Origin: Candidatus Marinacidobacterales bacterium
Lineage (GTDB): Bacteria > Acidobacteriota > Vicinamibacteria > Marinacidobacterales > SMYC01
Assembly (NCBI GenBank): GCA_965237955.1
Contig: OZ250169.1
Coordinates: forward strand, 6,752,001 to 6,816,000
DNA length: 64,000 nt
Direction of reading: 5' to 3'
Positions within the stretch are counted from its first letter, which is position 1, and each line of letters begins with the position of its first letter. The notes under the pieces are model-generated. The model was not told the origin of the DNA and made no database searches. It was given only the letters and a program-made list of their open reading frames with translations. Below are positions 41,068 through 50,586 of this stretch, piece by piece. A program made the position numbers and the translations under genes.

Positions 41068-42324
41068 ATGCTAAGAAGAGCCCTGCTCGTCGTCCTTTGG
41101 TTATTCGCTGCCACCACTTCCGCTGAAGACAACGTCCGCATGATTACCGTCGAAGGCGAGGGCGCCAACTATTGGCCGGGCTGGCGCGGTCCGTCGGCTC
41201 AGGGCTATGTGAAGGGCTCGGGATACCCGGACACATGGTCGAGCACGGACAACGTTCTGTGGCGCGTGTCGATTCCGGGCGAAGGCAACTCGTCGCCGAT
41301 CGTTTGGCGCGATCGGATTTTCCTCACGACGTCGCGCACCGGCGGTCGCAAGCTGTCGCTACTGAGCTTCCGCCGGACCGACGGGAAGATGCTCTGGGAA
41401 ACGGCGATCCCGCAAGACGGCGTCGAGCGCGGGCACAACAAAAACGGTCATGCGTCGGCGACGCCGATCACCGACGGCCGGCTCGTCTATGCGTCGTTCG
41501 GCACTCACGGCCTCTACGCGTTCGACTTCGACGGCAAGATCGTATGGCACGCGCAAGTACCGAAGCTCGACAACTACCACGGCTCCGCGGGCTCCCCAGT
41601 CCTCTACCAGAACACGGTCATCTTGTATCAAGACCACCAGGGGCAATCGTTTGTGGTCGCGTTTCACAAGCAGACCGGCAACATGATCTGGAGAACCAAA
41701 CGCGATGCCCGAACCGGTTGGGGAACGCCCGTCGTCATCCGCGCGGGTCGCCGCGACGAGCTCATCGTCTCGAGCCAGCACAAAGTCACGGCGTACGATC
41801 CTGCAACGGGCACGGAGCTATGGTCCGTCACCGGGAACAAGCGCGAAGTCATCCCGACGCCGGTGGTCGGGCAGGATCTCGTCTTCGCATCCTCGGGCCG
41901 CGCGGGCCCAACGATCGCCATCCGAGCTGGCGGGCGTGGCGATGTCACCGACAGTCACGTCGTTTGGCGGAGCTCGAAGGGCGCACCGTTCGTGCCCTCC
42001 GCCATCATCGTCGACGAGCAGCTCTACACGATCAACGACATGCAGGCCGTCGTCACCAGCTTCGAGGCCACGACCGGCAAGGTTCTATTCCAAGGACGTC
42101 TCGGGAGGGCTCCGAGGGAAGGCTTTTCGGCGTCACCCGTCACCGTGGACGGAAAAGTGTTCTTCACCAACGACGAAGGCGAGACGTTCGTCCTGAAAAC
42201 GGGACCCGAGTTCGAGCTACTGCACGTGAATCGACTGGGCGCGCGAACCCTCGCCTCACCCGCGCTCGTGGATGGTCGTTGGTACTTCCGAACGCAAAAC
42301 GAGCTGATCTGTATCGGAAGCTAA
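41068..42324 (+). CDS. PQQ-like beta-propeller repeat protein (BamB-like)
   Basis: WPGWRGP, GNSSPIVW, ASATPITDG, FSASPV, TLASPA repeats; signal peptide. Confidence 0.9.
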   Translation: MLRRALLVVLWLFAATTSAEDNVRMITVEGEGANYWPGWRGPSAQGYVKGSGYPDTWSSTDNVLWRVSIPGEGNSSPIVWRDRIFLTTSRTGGRKLSLLSFRRTDGKMLWETAIPQDGVERGHNKNGHASATPITDGRLVYASFGTHGLYAFDFDGKIVWHAQVPKLDNYHGSAGSPVLYQNTVILYQDHQGQSFVVAFHKQTGNMIWRTKRDARTGWGTPVVIRAGRRDELIVSSQHKVTAYDPATGTELWSVTGNKREVIPTPVVGQDLVFASSGRAGPTIAIRAGGRGDVTDSHVVWRSSKGAPFVPSAIIVDEQLYTINDMQAVVTSFEATTGKVLFQGRLGRAPREGFSASPVTVDGKVFFTNDEGETFVLKTGPEFELLHVNRLGARTLASPALVDGRWYFRTQNELICIGS

Positions 42325-42489
42325 CTCGGGCTTACATCTGGATCGTACTCGCGAACAAGGACGTCCTTGCTCACGATGCGAAGAAGTCGACACGTCCCTC
42401 CCGCCGGACCAAGAACAGGCATCCCTTGACTTGATCTACGGCGCCGAGTGGGAGGAGTAATGCGGTTCCACGCGAGCCTCGATTCAATG

Positions 42490-43023
42490 TCAGCTCGACG
42501 GCTTCATCAACGCGTCTTGGAGCTCGCGTCGCTTGCCGGGGTCGGGCACCATCCACTGGAGCGCGTACTCGACGGCTTCCGCTGCGGTTCCGACTTTGAC
42601 CATCTTGCGGGCGAGGTCTTCGGGATCTTTGCCGAAGACGATGCCGTCGAAAGGAATGTACAAAATCTTCGCGCCGTCGCTCGAGAGGGGTCGGTGCGTC
42701 GACCCTTTGCTATAGAAGACGACCCGTCCGGCCGGATAAGTCTCGATGACTCCCCCGTCCATGTCGGCGTCGAAGTACTCACCCTCGACGACATAGCTGA
42801 ACTCGCCGCCGGGGTGACAGTGCGGGCCTTGCTCAAGGCAGTTCGACGGCATGGCGAGCATCGTCGGCACGATGCGAGGACCCTGGCGGAAGAAATCCTG
42901 GAAGTCCTCTCCGATGCCATCGAAGTCGATCTTGGACGGATCGAGCTCGCGTGAAAGACCCACGCCAGAGTTTACGAACTTGTCGGATCCGGTAATTTGA
43001 GAAAAGCCATCGAGAAACGTCAT
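42490..43023 (-). CDS. Cupin (ChrR-like) domain protein
   Basis: PHCHPGGEFSYVVEG...YPAG....GSTHRP cupin motifs. Confidence 0.8.
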   Translation of the reverse strand: MTFLDGFSQITGSDKFVNSGVGLSRELDPSKIDFDGIGEDFQDFFRQGPRIVPTMLAMPSNCLEQGPHCHPGGEFSYVVEGEYFDADMDGGVIETYPAGRVVFYSKGSTHRPLSSDGAKILYIPFDGIVFGKDPEDLARKMVKVGTAAEAVEYALQWMVPDPGKRRELQDALMKPSS

Positions 43024-43032
43024 GAGATCTCC

Positions 43033-43074
43033 AAAAGCAAAGAGCCCCGGCTCGCTTCCACGAGTCCGGGGCTC
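43033..43074 (-). terminator. Intrinsic terminator directly upstream of the cupin RBS
   Basis: GAGCCCCGGACTCG-tggaag-CGAGCCGGGGCTC followed by TTTGCTTTT. Confidence 0.75.
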
Positions 43075-43318
43075 GGTAGCTTCGCGTCGGTGGCGTTGGG
43101 TCCCCCACAATTGTTGGGGGAAGCACCTTCGCCCTCGCGAAGAGCTATCCCAACTAAGGGGACGCCACCTCCGCGGAAACTGTAGAACTACTCACTAGAC
43201 CACCTCCTTTCCGGGCGTTCCAACGAACGACGGACCCAAACCCGTCCGGCTCACGGGGCCGCCCACAACCCGGCTCGGAGCCGCCACGCGCGCCGGCATT
43301 GCGCGCGCAGTCATTCCA
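43033..43318 (-). ncRNA. Candidate structured leader/sRNA containing a 13-aa ORF (43154-43195)
   Basis: Sigma70-like TTGACA-17-CATCTT (43354-43326), nested stems, SD AAGGAGGTG, terminator. Confidence 0.5.
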
Positions 43319-43376
43319 TGTCCTAAAGATGTCGCAGGTTGAGTGTTTTGTCAATGAATTTGCGGTAAAGCCGTCT

Positions 43377-43515
43377 TACAGCGAATACGCGGTTGCCAAC
43401 GTTTCACCGCTTTCGATCTTTCGGCGGACCTCGGCTTCCTTGGCAAGAAGCTCAACCTTCGCGCGCGCGACATCGGTAACGGCCTCCTTTGGAACGACGA
43501 TGACAAGAGATCGGT
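43377..43515 (-). pseudogene. RraA/HMG-aldolase family C-terminal remnant
   Basis: VIVVPKEAVTDVARAKVELLAKEAEVRRKIESGETLATAY. Confidence 0.45.
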
Positions 43516-43730
43516 GAGTTATGCGCATTGCTTTCCTGCTCCTTCGAATGCTAGATCTACCGCTACGGGGCCCAATGGGATCGTCCTAAACACCTACGCA
43601 TCTCCTACGGGCTCGATGAAGAGAACCAGGCGTTTTTCGAGGCGCTTAACCAGCTCCTGTAGGCGGTTTGTCTTTCTCGCACGAAACTCTTATGCTCAAC
43701 GCCGGCTCCATTCCGCGCGGAGGTGTCGAG

Positions 43731-46136
43731 ATGGCCAGAGGCGACCTAACCGGAAAAGCCTACCCGCTGCCCGATATGGTGGCGAAAGTCACCGGGAAAG
43801 CCAAGTACGCTGAAGATTTTCGGCCCGAAGGACTTCTGTTCGCGAAGGTCCTGTCGTCCCCGATGCCACACGCAAGGGTTCGGCATATCGACTTGGACCG
43901 AGCCTTGGCGATGGGCGGCGTCGTTGCCGTTGTGACGGCCGACGACTTGCCCGAAAAAGATCCGCTCCAGGAGAGCGCACTCACGAACGAACCGATGTAC
44001 GTCGGTCAGCCGATTCTCGCTCTGGCGGCAATAGATGAAACGATCGCGGCTGACGCCATCGAAGCCATCCGGATCGACTTCGAGCCGCTCCCCTTCGTGC
44101 TCGATCCGCTCGAGAGCCTGCGCCCGAGGGGTCCGAACGCGCGCCTCGGCGGCAACATCATGCGCGAAGGCAAAACCCTCGACACCCTCAAATGGACGGC
44201 GGAGGACTTCGCCAACGCAGGAGACGACGAGCTACCGCTCGGAGAGCCCGAAGAAGAATGGGTGGTCGGCGACATCGACGCCGGCTTCGCTGAGGCAGAC
44301 TTGATCATCGATGAGACGCTCTTTCACCAGTCGCAGACGCACCACCCCCTCGAGACGCGAAGCTGCATGGCGTACTGGCAAAACGGCAAGCTTCACATCT
44401 TCCCATCGACGCAGAGTACGGCGCAGACCGCTGCCGGTCTCGCCAGAGAGCTCGACCTTCCGCTCTCGGACGTCGTTCTCGTGAACGCGTACACGGGCGG
44501 AGGTTTCGGGAGCAAAGCCCGCGGCTCCGTGAACATGGCGATGACCGCGCTTCTGTCGAAGAAGGCCGGTGGACGTCCGGTCCTCCACCGAGTCACCCGA
44601 CAAGAGGAAACGGCGATCGGACGCGCACGCCCCGGCTTCCAGGCCCGGGTCAAGATGGGGTTTCGCAACGATGGTCGTATGACTGCGATGGATCTCTACA
44701 TCGTCCAGGACACTGGCCCCTACGGACGGCGCACCGATATCGGCAACGCGGCCGCAGTGGCGCACATCTGCTACACGCCGCTCGCCATGAGGTTCAGGGG
44801 GCTGTCGGTTCTCACCAACACGCCAACGCGTGCCGCGCAGCGCTCACCTGGAGGTGTTCAGCTTTCGGCGATACTCGAGCCCGTCATCGACGACGCGGCC
44901 AAGAAGCTCGGGATCGATCGCCTCGCAATCCGGCGTATCAACGCCCCAACCCACGAGACGACGTACGGCGAGCACGGCGAGCACCTTACGTCCGCCTTCT
45001 CGCAAGAACTCTTCGACAAGGCCGAGGAAACCTTCGACTGGAGCAATAAGTCGCGGCTCAGCGGGCAGCGGCGGGGCTCCATCGTTACCGGTGTAGGTCT
45101 GGGCTACAGCACGTACCACGCGGGCTCGCGCGGCTATGACGGGCTCATGGTAATCCGGCCCGATGGAACACTCCGCATTCAAACAGGAGTCGGAAACCTC
45201 GGAACGGGCTCGTTCGCCGATGTCGCCCGCGTCGCCGCCGAAGAGCTTGGCGTGCCGTGGGACAAATGCGTCGTGACCTGGGGCGACACATCGAAACACT
45301 TGCCGTGGACCGTGATCCAGGCAGGAAGCAACACCACGCACACGGCGTCGCGAGCGAATCTCGCGGGAGCGCTGGATGCCAAACGAAAGATCCAGGAGAT
45401 CGCGGCCATGGATCTGGGCGGCGCTCCGGACGACTACGAGGTCGCTGGCGAGAGGGTGTACCGCAAAGGCAATCGCTCCCGCGGAGTCAGCCTGGCCCGC
45501 GCCGCCGAACGCGCGATCGAGCTCGGTGGCAAGTTCGATGGTCACGAGCTCGCCGATGATCTACACGAGATGACGGTGAACGCGGCGAACGGGCTCGCAG
45601 GACAGGGGCTCATGGGCGTCGCCAAGGACAATTTCGGAGGCGAAGGTCATCTATGGTCCTACGTGGTCGGCTTCGCCAAAGTCGAGCTCGACACCGAGAC
45701 CGCGCACGTAGACATCCTGAATTACGACGCCGTCGCCGACTGCGGGACCGTGATCAACCCGCGGGGGCTCGCGGCCCAGCTCCACGGCGGCGGTCTCCAG
45801 GGTGCCGGGCTGGCGCGGAGCCAGAGATGGGTATTCGACCCCAAGTGGGGTATCGCCCTCGCCGACAAGCTCTACAATGCCAAACCGCCGTCCATCCTCG
45901 ACATCCCGCTCGATATGAGAGCGGACTGGGTGGACCTACCGGACCCAACGACGCCGGTCGGCGCGAGGGGCATCGGTGAAGCAGCGTTCGGCGCCGGCGT
46001 TGCCGCGATCGTGTGCGCCGTTCAAGACGCCATGGGGAAGGAAGCCTTCAAGCGCACCCCGCTCATGACCGACGTTCTTCTCAACATGGTTGAAGGGCGG
46101 CCCCAAGCGTTCAAGATGCTCACCGCGCACGTCTAG
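43731..46136 (+). CDS. Xanthine dehydrogenase family molybdopterin-binding subunit
   Basis: AKVTGKAKYAED, SPMPHARV, YTGGGFGSK, DCGTVINP, GARGIGE; RBS GGAGGTG. Confidence 0.93.
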   Translation: MARGDLTGKAYPLPDMVAKVTGKAKYAEDFRPEGLLFAKVLSSPMPHARVRHIDLDRALAMGGVVAVVTADDLPEKDPLQESALTNEPMYVGQPILALAAIDETIAADAIEAIRIDFEPLPFVLDPLESLRPRGPNARLGGNIMREGKTLDTLKWTAEDFANAGDDELPLGEPEEEWVVGDIDAGFAEADLIIDETLFHQSQTHHPLETRSCMAYWQNGKLHIFPSTQSTAQTAAGLARELDLPLSDVVLVNAYTGGGFGSKARGSVNMAMTALLSKKAGGRPVLHRVTRQEETAIGRARPGFQARVKMGFRNDGRMTAMDLYIVQDTGPYGRRTDIGNAAAVAHICYTPLAMRFRGLSVLTNTPTRAAQRSPGGVQLSAILEPVIDDAAKKLGIDRLAIRRINAPTHETTYGEHGEHLTSAFSQELFDKAEETFDWSNKSRLSGQRRGSIVTGVGLGYSTYHAGSRGYDGLMVIRPDGTLRIQTGVGNLGTGSFADVARVAAEELGVPWDKCVVTWGDTSKHLPWTVIQAGSNTTHTASRANLAGALDAKRKIQEIAAMDLGGAPDDYEVAGERVYRKGNRSRGVSLARAAERAIELGGKFDGHELADDLHEMTVNAANGLAGQGLMGVAKDNFGGEGHLWSYVVGFAKVELDTETAHVDILNYDAVADCGTVINPRGLAAQLHGGGLQGAGLARSQRWVFDPKWGIALADKLYNAKPPSILDIPLDMRADWVDLPDPTTPVGARGIGEAAFGAGVAAIVCAVQDAMGKEAFKRTPLMTDVLLNMVEGRPQAFKMLTAHV

Positions 46137-46473
46137 AGGATCGGGAAGGCTACTCGCTCGAAGTGTTCGCGTAGGTCAACGAGAAGTAGATTCGCGTCTC
46201 GATCGTTCGTCTATTTGGATCGTGAACGGATTTTTTGGATCCAACTAGCGGCACACTGACAAAAAGTGCATAGAATTTTTGCACACCAGTGTAGCTTTTT
46301 CCCCGCTCGGAACCCTTCGCACGCGGTAACGCGGGCCATATCGCCGCGCTGGGCGCGGTTCGCGGCGCGTCGGCGGCATTCTGTTACTTGGCCTACTATT
46401 TGCATAGAGGTAGCATGAGGAGACGAAGTGTAGTAGTGTCTCCTACTCTAGGTGCCGCGCAAGGAAGCAAGCA

Positions 46474-46629
46474 ATGAGTGACAACGGGGACAGGAAAGAC
46501 ATCGAGGACGACGCGCCCGATTTCGCCGAAGGTCTGTACCACGAGGCGCAAGCCGACGGCGTTCCGTACGACGAAGACCTCGAGCCTTTCACCAAAGAAC
46601 TGCCGAAGCTCGACTTCCCCAGAAGCTGA
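46474..46629 (+). CDS. Small acidic protein (51 aa), below the ORF-track cutoff
   Basis: MSDNGDRKDIEDDAPDFAEGLYHEAQADGVPYDEDLEPFTKELPKLDFPRS; AAGGA upstream; C/G-rich third positions. Confidence 0.5.
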   Translation: MSDNGDRKDIEDDAPDFAEGLYHEAQADGVPYDEDLEPFTKELPKLDFPRS

Positions 46630-46751
46630 GCCAGATCCGGCCCTAACGTCCATCCCCCCAGGACTTAGCGGGTTCGCCCTCCCAACGGACTTCGTCTGCC
46701 TCCGAGCCCTCCATAAGGTACACTGGTACAACAGTACCTAGGAGTGTCCCC

Positions 46752-47015
46752 ATGGCCAAGCGAACCAAGCCCGACGTGCTCGTCGAGCGTGTCCAAACGG
46801 GTGTCCGCATCGAAAAACGCATCCTCAAAGTCCTCAAAGGACTCGCGGAGTACCACGACATCAGTCTGGGCGACCTGCTTGAAGGCATCGTCCTCCATGC
46901 CTTCGATGGCCAATTCGCGTTCCAAAGCGACAGCCTGAAGACGATCGCGGATTTGAAGAAAGTCTACGACCTGGACCTGAACGCGAGCCACAGCCACAAA
47001 CTCCGCGAAAGCTAG
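46752..47015 (+). CDS. Small protein, ribbon-helix-helix-like
   Basis: ERVQTGVRIEKRILKVLKGLAEYHDISLGDLLEGIV; RBS AGGAG. Confidence 0.7.
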   Translation: MAKRTKPDVLVERVQTGVRIEKRILKVLKGLAEYHDISLGDLLEGIVLHAFDGQFAFQSDSLKTIADLKKVYDLDLNASHSHKLRES

Positions 47016-47464
47016 CCTAACGATGGCCGGTTGGGGAGCTCATTCGTGTCGTCCTCGCTCGGGGGGAAGTGTTTTGCGAGAACGTCTCCAATTTTATGGA
47101 TCCCCGCGGAAATCCCCTCGGCAAAGCCGTCGTGGTCGATGCGCTCAGCGATGACCTCCGCAATCTCGTCCCAAACGTCGGCGCTGACTTTCTGATGGAT
47201 CCCCTCGTCGGCCACGATCTCGAAGTGGCGCTTTTTCATCGCCACGAAGACGAGCACGCCGTTGCGGTTTCGGGTCTGGTCGATGCGCAGTTGGTGGAAA
47301 GTGCGAACCGCCCTGTCGCGGGGCTTTTCGAGCGGTAGCAGATTGTGAACGATGTGCACGTGTACTTCGCCCGACGTGCGGGATTCCGCCTCGTCGACCG
47401 CCGCCGCGATCGCGTTGAGCGTCTCCTCGCTCACGTCACGGCGAAGTCTCCGCGGAACCTGCAT
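47012..47464 (-). CDS. TPM domain protein (short)
   Basis: AESRTSGEVHVHI, TRNRNGVLVFV, IVADEGIH, NELPN. Confidence 0.88.
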   Translation of the reverse strand: MQVPRRLRRDVSEETLNAIAAAVDEAESRTSGEVHVHIVHNLLPLEKPRDRAVRTFHQLRIDQTRNRNGVLVFVAMKKRHFEIVADEGIHQKVSADVWDEIAEVIAERIDHDGFAEGISAGIHKIGDVLAKHFPPSEDDTNELPNRPSLG

Positions 47465-47465
47465 G

Positions 47466-48327
47466 TCACCAGCTCCCACTTGCGCCGCCGCCGCCAAAGC
47501 CGCCACCGCCGCCGCTGAAACCGCCTCCGCCGAACCCACCACCACCGAAGCCGCCCCCGCCGAACCCACCACGAAAGCTCCCACCGGACGTTGGATGGTA
47601 GGTCCATCCGCCCCCGCTGCTGCCGGGCCCACCACGGAACAAAGCCATCGAAAAAAGCCCCAACAAGGCTCCGAGCGGAATCCCTCACCACGCGAGGCCG
47701 GTAAATACCAGGCCGCAGAACGCTCCCAACAGCGCGGCGGCAAACGCTCCCATCGCGTTGCCGATAATCCCGCTCAGTAAGAACGTGACGACCAGACCGC
47801 CAAAGCCGACACCCGGTCGGGACTGCGGACGGGCCCGACGGGATTGCGCCTGAGGTGGCGCCGTCGGATACTCCTTCCGCACAGCCAATTCGAGGCCCTC
47901 CACTGCGGCATTCAAGCCCCCGTAGTAGTCCCCTCGCCGAAAGGCAGGCGTGGATCCGCTCGCGAATGATGCGTCCGGCGAGGCCGTCGGGGATCACGGG
48001 CTCGAGCCCGTAGCCCACTTCAATGCGCACCCGCCGATCCTGAACCGCCACGAGAATGACGACGCCGTTGTCGAGCTCCGACTGGCCAATCTGCCAGGAC
48101 TCGGCAAGCCGGAACGTGTAATCCTCGATGGACCCGCCCAAAAGCGTCGGGATGGTGGCGATGACGATCTGCGTCGACGTCTCGCGCTCGAGCGTTTCGA
48201 GCCGGTCGGTAAGTCGGCTTTCCTCATCGGGCGACAGCACGTTACCGGCGTCGACCACCCTCCCGGTCAGCGCGGGTAGGGCTGGCTCCTGGAGAAGTAG
48301 AGCCAGCCCAAGCGCGACAGTTCTCAT
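47466..48327 (-). pseudogene. TPM domain protein with Gly-rich tail; frameshift at about 47950 and TGA at 47685
   Basis: GRVVDAGNVLS, DNGVVILVA..DRRVRIEVGYGLE, FSGGGGGFGGGGASGSW. Confidence 0.85.
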
Positions 48328-48342
48328 CCTAGGCCGACGTGA

Positions 48343-48957
48343 CTACTGTTCTTCACGCCTGAAATCGAAATCGACTTGCGGAGCCTCTTCAGCACCTTCG
48401 GTAGCTTCGAAGTACGCTTTCTCGCCGAAGTCCGCGAGCCTCGCGATGTAGACATTCGGTATCTTCCGCCGCGTCGTGTTGTAGCCTCGAGCTGCCTCGT
48501 TGAAACGGCGGCGCTCAACGGCGATCCGATTCTCCGTGCCCGCGAGCTCGTCTTGAAGCTGCAAGAAATTCTGGTTCGCCTTGATATCGGGATAGCGCTC
48601 GATCACGACGAGCAGGCGGCTCAGGGCACTCGAGAGTCCGTCTTGCGCTTGCTGAAACCGGGCGAGCGCCGCCGGGTCGTTCAAGTCGTCGGGCGTGATC
48701 TGCACCTGGGTCGCGCGCGAGCGCGCTTCGATGACTGCGGTCAATGTCTCCCGCTCGAAGTCCGCGGCCCCTTCCACCGTCTTCACGAGATTCGGGATGA
48801 GGTCTGCCCGCCGCTGGTACGCGTTTTCGACCTGAGCCCAGCCCGTGTTCACGTTCTCGTCGAGCGAAACGAGCTCGTTGTGTACTCCCACGCCCCACAT
48901 CACCAGACCTGCCACGAGGACGATGATGGCCCCGCATCCGATCAGTCCTTTTCCCAT
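48343..48957 (-). CDS. lemA: LemA family protein
   Basis: WAQVENAYQRRADLIPNLV, ERYPDIKANQNF, GTENRIAVERRRFN. Confidence 0.95.
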   Translation of the reverse strand: MGKGLIGCGAIIVLVAGLVMWGVGVHNELVSLDENVNTGWAQVENAYQRRADLIPNLVKTVEGAADFERETLTAVIEARSRATQVQITPDDLNDPAALARFQQAQDGLSSALSRLLVVIERYPDIKANQNFLQLQDELAGTENRIAVERRRFNEAARGYNTTRRKIPNVYIARLADFGEKAYFEATEGAEEAPQVDFDFRREEQ

Positions 48958-49017
48958 TCCGACTCCCTTCGCGCGCGATCGAAACCACGGCATTATATAA
49001 CCGGCTCAAAACTTTTC

Positions 49018-50586
49018 GCCTCTCCTGCCATTTCAGTGGATCCTCTCGAGGGTGAGACCGCCACAGTTTAGGTAGACGAGACTGATGAGAGCTTCGGCAG
49101 AGTGGAGTCCAAAGCTGCGGTGGCTCAGCAGCCTGATTTTGTTGTTCATTCCTTCGAGTCGGCCGTTGCTGAGTCTCCACGTGACCCACGCGATGACGCC
49201 ATCGAAGTGGCTGCGGATCATCTTCGCCGCGCGTTTGACGGGCTCTATCCTCGAGCTCATAGCGCGCCGCAGCCATCCTCGGAGAAACTTCTTGGCCCAT
49301 GTCTCGGTTTTGTAGGTGTAGAGGTCCATGAAGTCGTCGCGCAGAAGCATGGCGCGGTAGAGGCGACGATTAGCTCGCACCTGCTCGCGGAGCACCCGTT
49401 TGTCTTTCGCGCTGCGGTTGTGTTTGGCCTTGAGAAGGGGAAACTTGGTGTTCTTGAGGTTGCGCCGGGCAGTCCCTTTGAGCTCGCGCACCAGCTCGCG
49501 CCGGGTCTTATCCACGGCCTCGTTCAGATGCTTGACGATGTGGAAGCGGTCAAAGATCACCCGTGCCTGAGGAGCCTTTTTGCCGACGACAGTTATGTAC
49601 GGCTCCCACATGTCCATGCTGACCGCTTCGAGCTCCGCGGCTCTTTGTGGTCCGAGCTTGCGGAAAAACCGCAGCAGCGTCTTGGCCTTGCGCTCCTTTC
49701 CCGCCCAGACGACCCGGCCGCTGAGATGGTCTATTACCACTGTTAAGTACTTGTGGCGTTTGCGGTAGCTGATCTCGTCCATCCCAATCACCCGCAATCC
49801 ATCGAGCTCGCGCCGCTCATCCCGCTGCTCGGCAACCACTCGCTGGATGATCCGTCGCACCGAACGCCACGTCACTCGGAAATAGTTCGCTACGGCGCTG
49901 ACGTCCGTCCTCTGTGCCAGCCACGCTACCTCTTGTTCGAAGCTTTTGGTAAAGCGGCTTCCCTTGTCGGCCCAAGGCACCTTTTCTCTGACCACTCCAC
50001 ACCGCCGACATACCACTCGTCGGATCGAGTAGCGAAGATAGGTCCGGACTCCGAACAGGTCCAAGTGCCGCCAGTAGCGATTGTAGCGATCTTTGTTCTT
50101 GCGGACCTTTCGTCCGCAAATCCCGCACAGAGGCTTCCTCCTCCGTGGTACTACATCCACCACCACTCTGGCTTTGTCCGCCTGGAAGTGGAAACCTCGG
50201 ACCCACAGGCCTTGCAATCCGATGAGCTTGTTGACTAACGTAGTAACGCGCATCGCGGGAACGCTCTTTTCTCTTTCGGAAAAAAAGATTCTAGCGTTCT
50301 CGCCGATGCGCATCTACACATGGCTTACCCTCTCAACCCACGGGCCTCACCAAATGCCACTGCCCCTCAGCGGGAGACGAGGCTGTGGGAAACGCCCCCA
50401 CGGTTCTGGTCGTTCAGACCTTGCTCACGACTGAGTTCTCTTCGAAGCCTGGAAGGGCGTTTTCCATAGCCTCCACTAATCGAGCCCCCCCTTCCTTATT
50501 CCATATGAATTAATCTTTCTTGTATATATATCAGGAGGGGCCAGCCCTCCAACACAAATCAGATCCCCCGAAACGACAGGAGAACC
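49018..50586 (-). mobile_element. Second, distinct ISL3 family element
   Basis: Imperfect IRs TCTCCTG(C/T)C(A/G)TTTC(A/G)G(T/G)GGATC; left boundary ambiguous because of the garbled repeat that follows. Confidence 0.8.
49033..50253 (-). CDS. ISL3 transposase (intact ORF)
   Basis: CGICG, IGMDEISYRKRHKY, SMDMW, FDRFH, EGMNNKI. Confidence 0.93.
   Translation of the reverse strand: MRVTTLVNKLIGLQGLWVRGFHFQADKARVVVDVVPRRRKPLCGICGRKVRKNKDRYNRYWRHLDLFGVRTYLRYSIRRVVCRRCGVVREKVPWADKGSRFTKSFEQEVAWLAQRTDVSAVANYFRVTWRSVRRIIQRVVAEQRDERRELDGLRVIGMDEISYRKRHKYLTVVIDHLSGRVVWAGKERKAKTLLRFFRKLGPQRAAELEAVSMDMWEPYITVVGKKAPQARVIFDRFHIVKHLNEAVDKTRRELVRELKGTARRNLKNTKFPLLKAKHNRSAKDKRVLREQVRANRRLYRAMLLRDDFMDLYTYKTETWAKKFLRGWLRRAMSSRIEPVKRAAKMIRSHFDGVIAWVTWRLSNGRLEGMNNKIRLLSHRSFGLHSAEALISLVYLNCGGLTLERIH

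Noticed and set aside
47470-47575. CCGCCG-rich repeat tract
   Set aside because: Encodes the ordinary Gly-rich tail of TPM proteins
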